28,587 bases of DNA. Source: an uncultured Rickettsiales bacterium (lineage in GTDB: Bacteria > Pseudomonadota > Alphaproteobacteria > Rickettsiales > UBA1997). Both the position numbers and the translations under genes were made by a program. Of the stretch, positions 26,238 to 28,587 are shown piece by piece. Below the pieces are notes generated by a model. That model worked only from the letters and a program-made list of their open reading frames with translations. It made no database searches and was not told the DNA's origin. How positions within the stretch are numbered: position 1 is the first letter of the stretch; each line of letters begins with the position of its first letter. The stretch is taken from contig CALXRO010000023.1 of NCBI GenBank assembly GCA_944390875.1, positions 1-28,587 on the forward strand. The letters are read 5' to 3'.

Positions 26238-26713
26238 CAGAGAAAATTGTTACAATATATACTGATGGTGCATGTTCTGGTAATCCTGGAGTCGGAGGTT
26301 GGGGGGCTATCTTGATGTATAATGAAGTTTCCAAAGAAATATCTGGAGGAGAAGAAAATACAACTAATAATATAATGGAATTAAGAGCTGTTATAGAAGC
26401 ATTAAAAATGCTAAAAATTAGATGTAAAGTAAATATATATACTGATAGTATATATGTTAAAAATGGTATTACTGATTGGATAAATAATTGGAAACAAAAT
26501 GGATGGAAAAATTCAAAAAGGCAAATAATCTCAAATAAAGACTTATGGCAAGAACTTGATAATTTAACTAATAAACATGAGATAGAATGGTTTTGGATTA
26601 AAGGTCATAATAATAACAAATTCAATGACATTGCCGATAAGCTAGCTAGAAATGAAATAATTAAAATTAAAAAGACTATTGGAGGCCAGAGACGGAATCG
26701 AACCGACGCATAA
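26234..26713 (+). CDS. rnhA: ribonuclease HI
   Basis: YTDGACSGNPG, NNIMEL, YTDS, NWKQNGWK, WIKGH, NDIADKLA; all acidic catalytic residues present. Confidence 0.97.
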   Translation: MTEKIVTIYTDGACSGNPGVGGWGAILMYNEVSKEISGGEENTTNNIMELRAVIEALKMLKIRCKVNIYTDSIYVKNGITDWINNWKQNGWKNSKRQIISNKDLWQELDNLTNKHEIEWFWIKGHNNNKFNDIADKLARNEIIKIKKTIGGQRRNRTDA

Positions 26714-26754
26714 AAGTTTTGCAGACTCTTGCATTACCACTTTGCTATCTGGCC
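26680..26754 (-). tRNA. tRNA-Cys (GCA), CCA encoded
   Basis: GGCCAGA/TCTGGCC acceptor stem, U73 discriminator, CCA; anticodon stem AGAGT/ACTTT with loop CT-GCA-AA; TTCGATT T-loop. Confidence 0.97.
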
Positions 26755-26770
26755 AAAATTTATGTGATTT

Positions 26771-26799
26771 ATTATATAAATATGTAAGGTTTTTGTCAA
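26771..26799 (-). promoter_or_regulatory. consensus sigma70 promoter of tRNA-Cys
   Basis: TTGACA (26799-26794), 17-nt spacer, TATAAT (26776-26771); predicted TSS about 10 nt before the tRNA. Confidence 0.85.
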
Positions 26800-26824
26800 T
26801 ATACTGATATGATAAATTTAAAAA

Positions 26825-26853
26825 TTGACAAAATAAAAAAATTAAAGTAGTGT
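26825..26853 (+). promoter_or_regulatory. promoter for the 85-aa orphan
   Basis: TTGACA (26825-26830), 17-nt spacer, TAGTGT (26848-26853). Confidence 0.55.
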
Positions 26854-26884
26854 TTTAAAAAATAAATATATAAAGAATTTCCCT

Positions 26885-27142
26885 ATGGAGTATAATACAA
26901 GTATAATAAAGTTAAATAATATTGATATTCCAACTATGATAAATAAAAATAAAAGTGATAATAAATTTGTGATACTAACTTGTTCTGATTCTACCGAATA
27001 CTTTTTTAGATTTAATAAATCAAATAATCTTGAATATTGTAATTATTATGGTCTTGATTCGGAAGAAATACTAAATGTGGAAAATATGCCAAATTTTAAA
27101 AATGCCTTGGAAACTGCAATAGAGAATATTAAAGATTATTGA
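26885..27142 (+). CDS. hypothetical protein (85 aa)
   Basis: open ATG ORF in otherwise unoccupied space, with its own promoter; no recognisable motif. Confidence 0.65.
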   Translation: MEYNTSIIKLNNIDIPTMINKNKSDNKFVILTCSDSTEYFFRFNKSNNLEYCNYYGLDSEEILNVENMPNFKNALETAIENIKDY

Positions 27143-27221
27143 TTTTATCTATTTTTTTAAAGATACATACATCCATATACTTTTATAGTTGTAGCACTAA
27201 TATAACTATTTTTTAATATTA

Positions 27222-27980
27222 TTATGCCATTATATTAAACCCACAATCAACATGATGTATTTCACCAGTAACAGCAGAAGACATTTCGCTCAATAAATAT
27301 ACTGCAGAATTACCAACTTCGTCAATTGTGCAAGGCCTTTTTAATGGAGATTTTTCGATTGCTCCTTTAAAAAGTTCTCGAAAATCACTTATACCTGATG
27401 AAGCTAAAGTTCTAATAGCGCCTGCTGATATTGCATTTACTCTTATATTATATTTTCCTAACTCTGCTGCCAATTCCCTAACCATCGATTCTAAAGCAGC
27501 CTTACACGTTCCCATAATTTTATAATTAGGTACAACTTTCTCAGCTCCATAATAACTTACAGTCAAAATTGAGCCACCATTTTTCATTAAAGGCGCCACA
27601 CCATGGACAAAATTTATAAAAGAATATGCACTAATCTCCATTGCTTCAATAAAATCATTTTTTGAAGTTATTGAATAATCATTTTTTAATGCACTATCAT
27701 TTGCAAAAGCTATTGAATGTACCAAAAAATCTAAAGAATCAACTTCTTTCTCAATGGTTTTAAATAAATTATCTATTTCATCCGAATTCTGGGCATTACA
27801 TTTTATAAGTTTTGCATCAATTGAATTTGCTAATGGTTCAGCTCTCTTCTTTTTTGCTTCTCTATTATAAGTTGTGTATAAAGCTGCTCCATTTTCATGA
27901 CATTTCTTAGCTATACCCCAGCCTATAGAAATATTGTTTGATAATCCTATAATAAGACCTTTTTTATTTTTCAACAACAT
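27222..27980 (-). CDS. fabI: enoyl-ACP reductase (NADH)
   Basis: SIGWGIA, DFLVHSIAFA, ISAYSF, YYGAEKVVPNYKIMGTCKAALE (Tyr-x6-Lys), NAISAGAIRTLA, TGEIHHVDCG. Confidence 0.97.
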   Translation of the reverse strand: MLLKNKKGLIIGLSNNISIGWGIAKKCHENGAALYTTYNREAKKKRAEPLANSIDAKLIKCNAQNSDEIDNLFKTIEKEVDSLDFLVHSIAFANDSALKNDYSITSKNDFIEAMEISAYSFINFVHGVAPLMKNGGSILTVSYYGAEKVVPNYKIMGTCKAALESMVRELAAELGKYNIRVNAISAGAIRTLASSGISDFRELFKGAIEKSPLKRPCTIDEVGNSAVYLLSEMSSAVTGEIHHVDCGFNIMA

Positions 27981-28105
27981 TAATTATTAGTTATTTACTA
28001 TTGCAATATATTTTAATATAATAAATTTTAAAAAAAAGTTATCTTATAATTATTTTAATAATACCTATACATTTTAAAAAATATATAATGGTATTATAAA
28101 GATTA

Positions 28106-28585
28106 TTAACCTATTAATATACTTTGTTGCGGTATTATTTCATTCTTTTTTTGCTCTGCAAATTCATTAAACTCAGGAAATATTTCAAGATAATTAAGCA
28201 TATTTTTCATAAGTGAATTTTTATAACTTTTAGCCGTGATATTATAAATGTTAGGATCTTTAATTTGATGTAGACTATTTTTAAGATAACTTATATTAGT
28301 ATTTATAGAATTTTTGTACTTCTTTATTCCTTCTATATTTTCATTTTTATTTTTTATTTCTTTTTTATTTCGATTTCTTGAAAAAATTTTCTTTATTTTG
28401 TTTTTTTGTGTCTTATTTTTTTCTTGTTCTTCCGATAATATTCTGTTTTCCATTCCACTTAATAGAGACATAAATTGTTCTGCGATATCTGTTATAATCT
28501 CTAGATTTTTCTTATCAAATGAATTAATACTATTCATTGTTGTAATCATATAATCTAGTCGTTCTTTTGGTGTTTTTTTGACTTC
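28106..28585 (-). CDS. hypothetical protein, probably 5'-truncated by the window edge
   Basis: frame stays open upstream of ATG 28549 to the window end (EVKKTPKERLDY-MITTM...); Lys/Asn-rich, no motif recognised. Confidence 0.6.
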   Translation of the reverse strand, partial: EVKKTPKERLDYMITTMNSINSFDKKNLEIITDIAEQFMSLLSGMENRILSEEQEKNKTQKNKIKKIFSRNRNKKEIKNKNENIEGIKKYKNSINTNISYLKNSLHQIKDPNIYNITAKSYKNSLMKNMLNYLEIFPEFNEFAEQKKNEIIPQQSILIG

Positions 28586-28587
28586 CA

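Noticed and set aside
26680-26713. tRNA-Cys as an integration site (attB/attL)
   Set aside because: No duplicated tRNA 3' end, integrase or foreign genes seen in the window
27185-27215. ATAGTT/AACTAT hairpin between the 85-aa ORF and fabI
   Set aside because: AT-rich 6-bp stem with a 13-nt loop; too weak to call a terminator
27328-28553. Plus-strand ORFs 27328-27525 and 28314-28553
   Set aside because: Antisense shadows of fabI and the terminal hypothetical gene
1-28587. Alternative genetic code (TGA=Trp), CRISPR array, IS element or origin
   Set aside because: Conserved Trp positions use TGG and TGA terminates several genes at expected ends; no spaced direct repeats, transposase motifs or DnaA-box cluster seen

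Overview
This is a very AT-rich, densely packed chromosomal segment using the standard genetic code, probably from a genome-reduced alphaproteobacterium (Rickettsiales-like). The taxon is inferred from the Tim44-mltA-Smr block, the mlaA-mlaC pair, an Nfs1-like IscS and a GTA-type prohead protease. It is mostly housekeeping: mgtA, glmS, iscS, Smr, mltA, Tim44-like, rlmH, pal, an M48 peptidase, greA, infC, murA, holC, dnaQ, mlaC, mlaA, aas, pheS, xseA, an OprO/P-family porin, slt, rnhA, tRNA-Cys(GCA), fabI and several small orphans. I found no CRISPR array, IS element, prophage or rRNA, and no clear multi-gene novel system. The main oddities are: (1) the conserved N-terminus of iscS is separated from its ATG by one extra A in an A10 run; (2) a NadE-glutaminase-like nitrilase-fold protein has lost its catalytic Glu and Cys and its synthetase domain, yet is translationally coupled between slt and rnhA; (3) a solitary, catalytically intact HK97/GTA prohead protease; (4) rnhA reads 34 nt into the antisense of tRNA-Cys; (5) a strong promoter, 22-codon ORF and long leader precede a TTG-initiated infC; (6) convergent gene pairs have almost no intergenic space. 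All family assignments come from motif recognition by eye; no searches were run.
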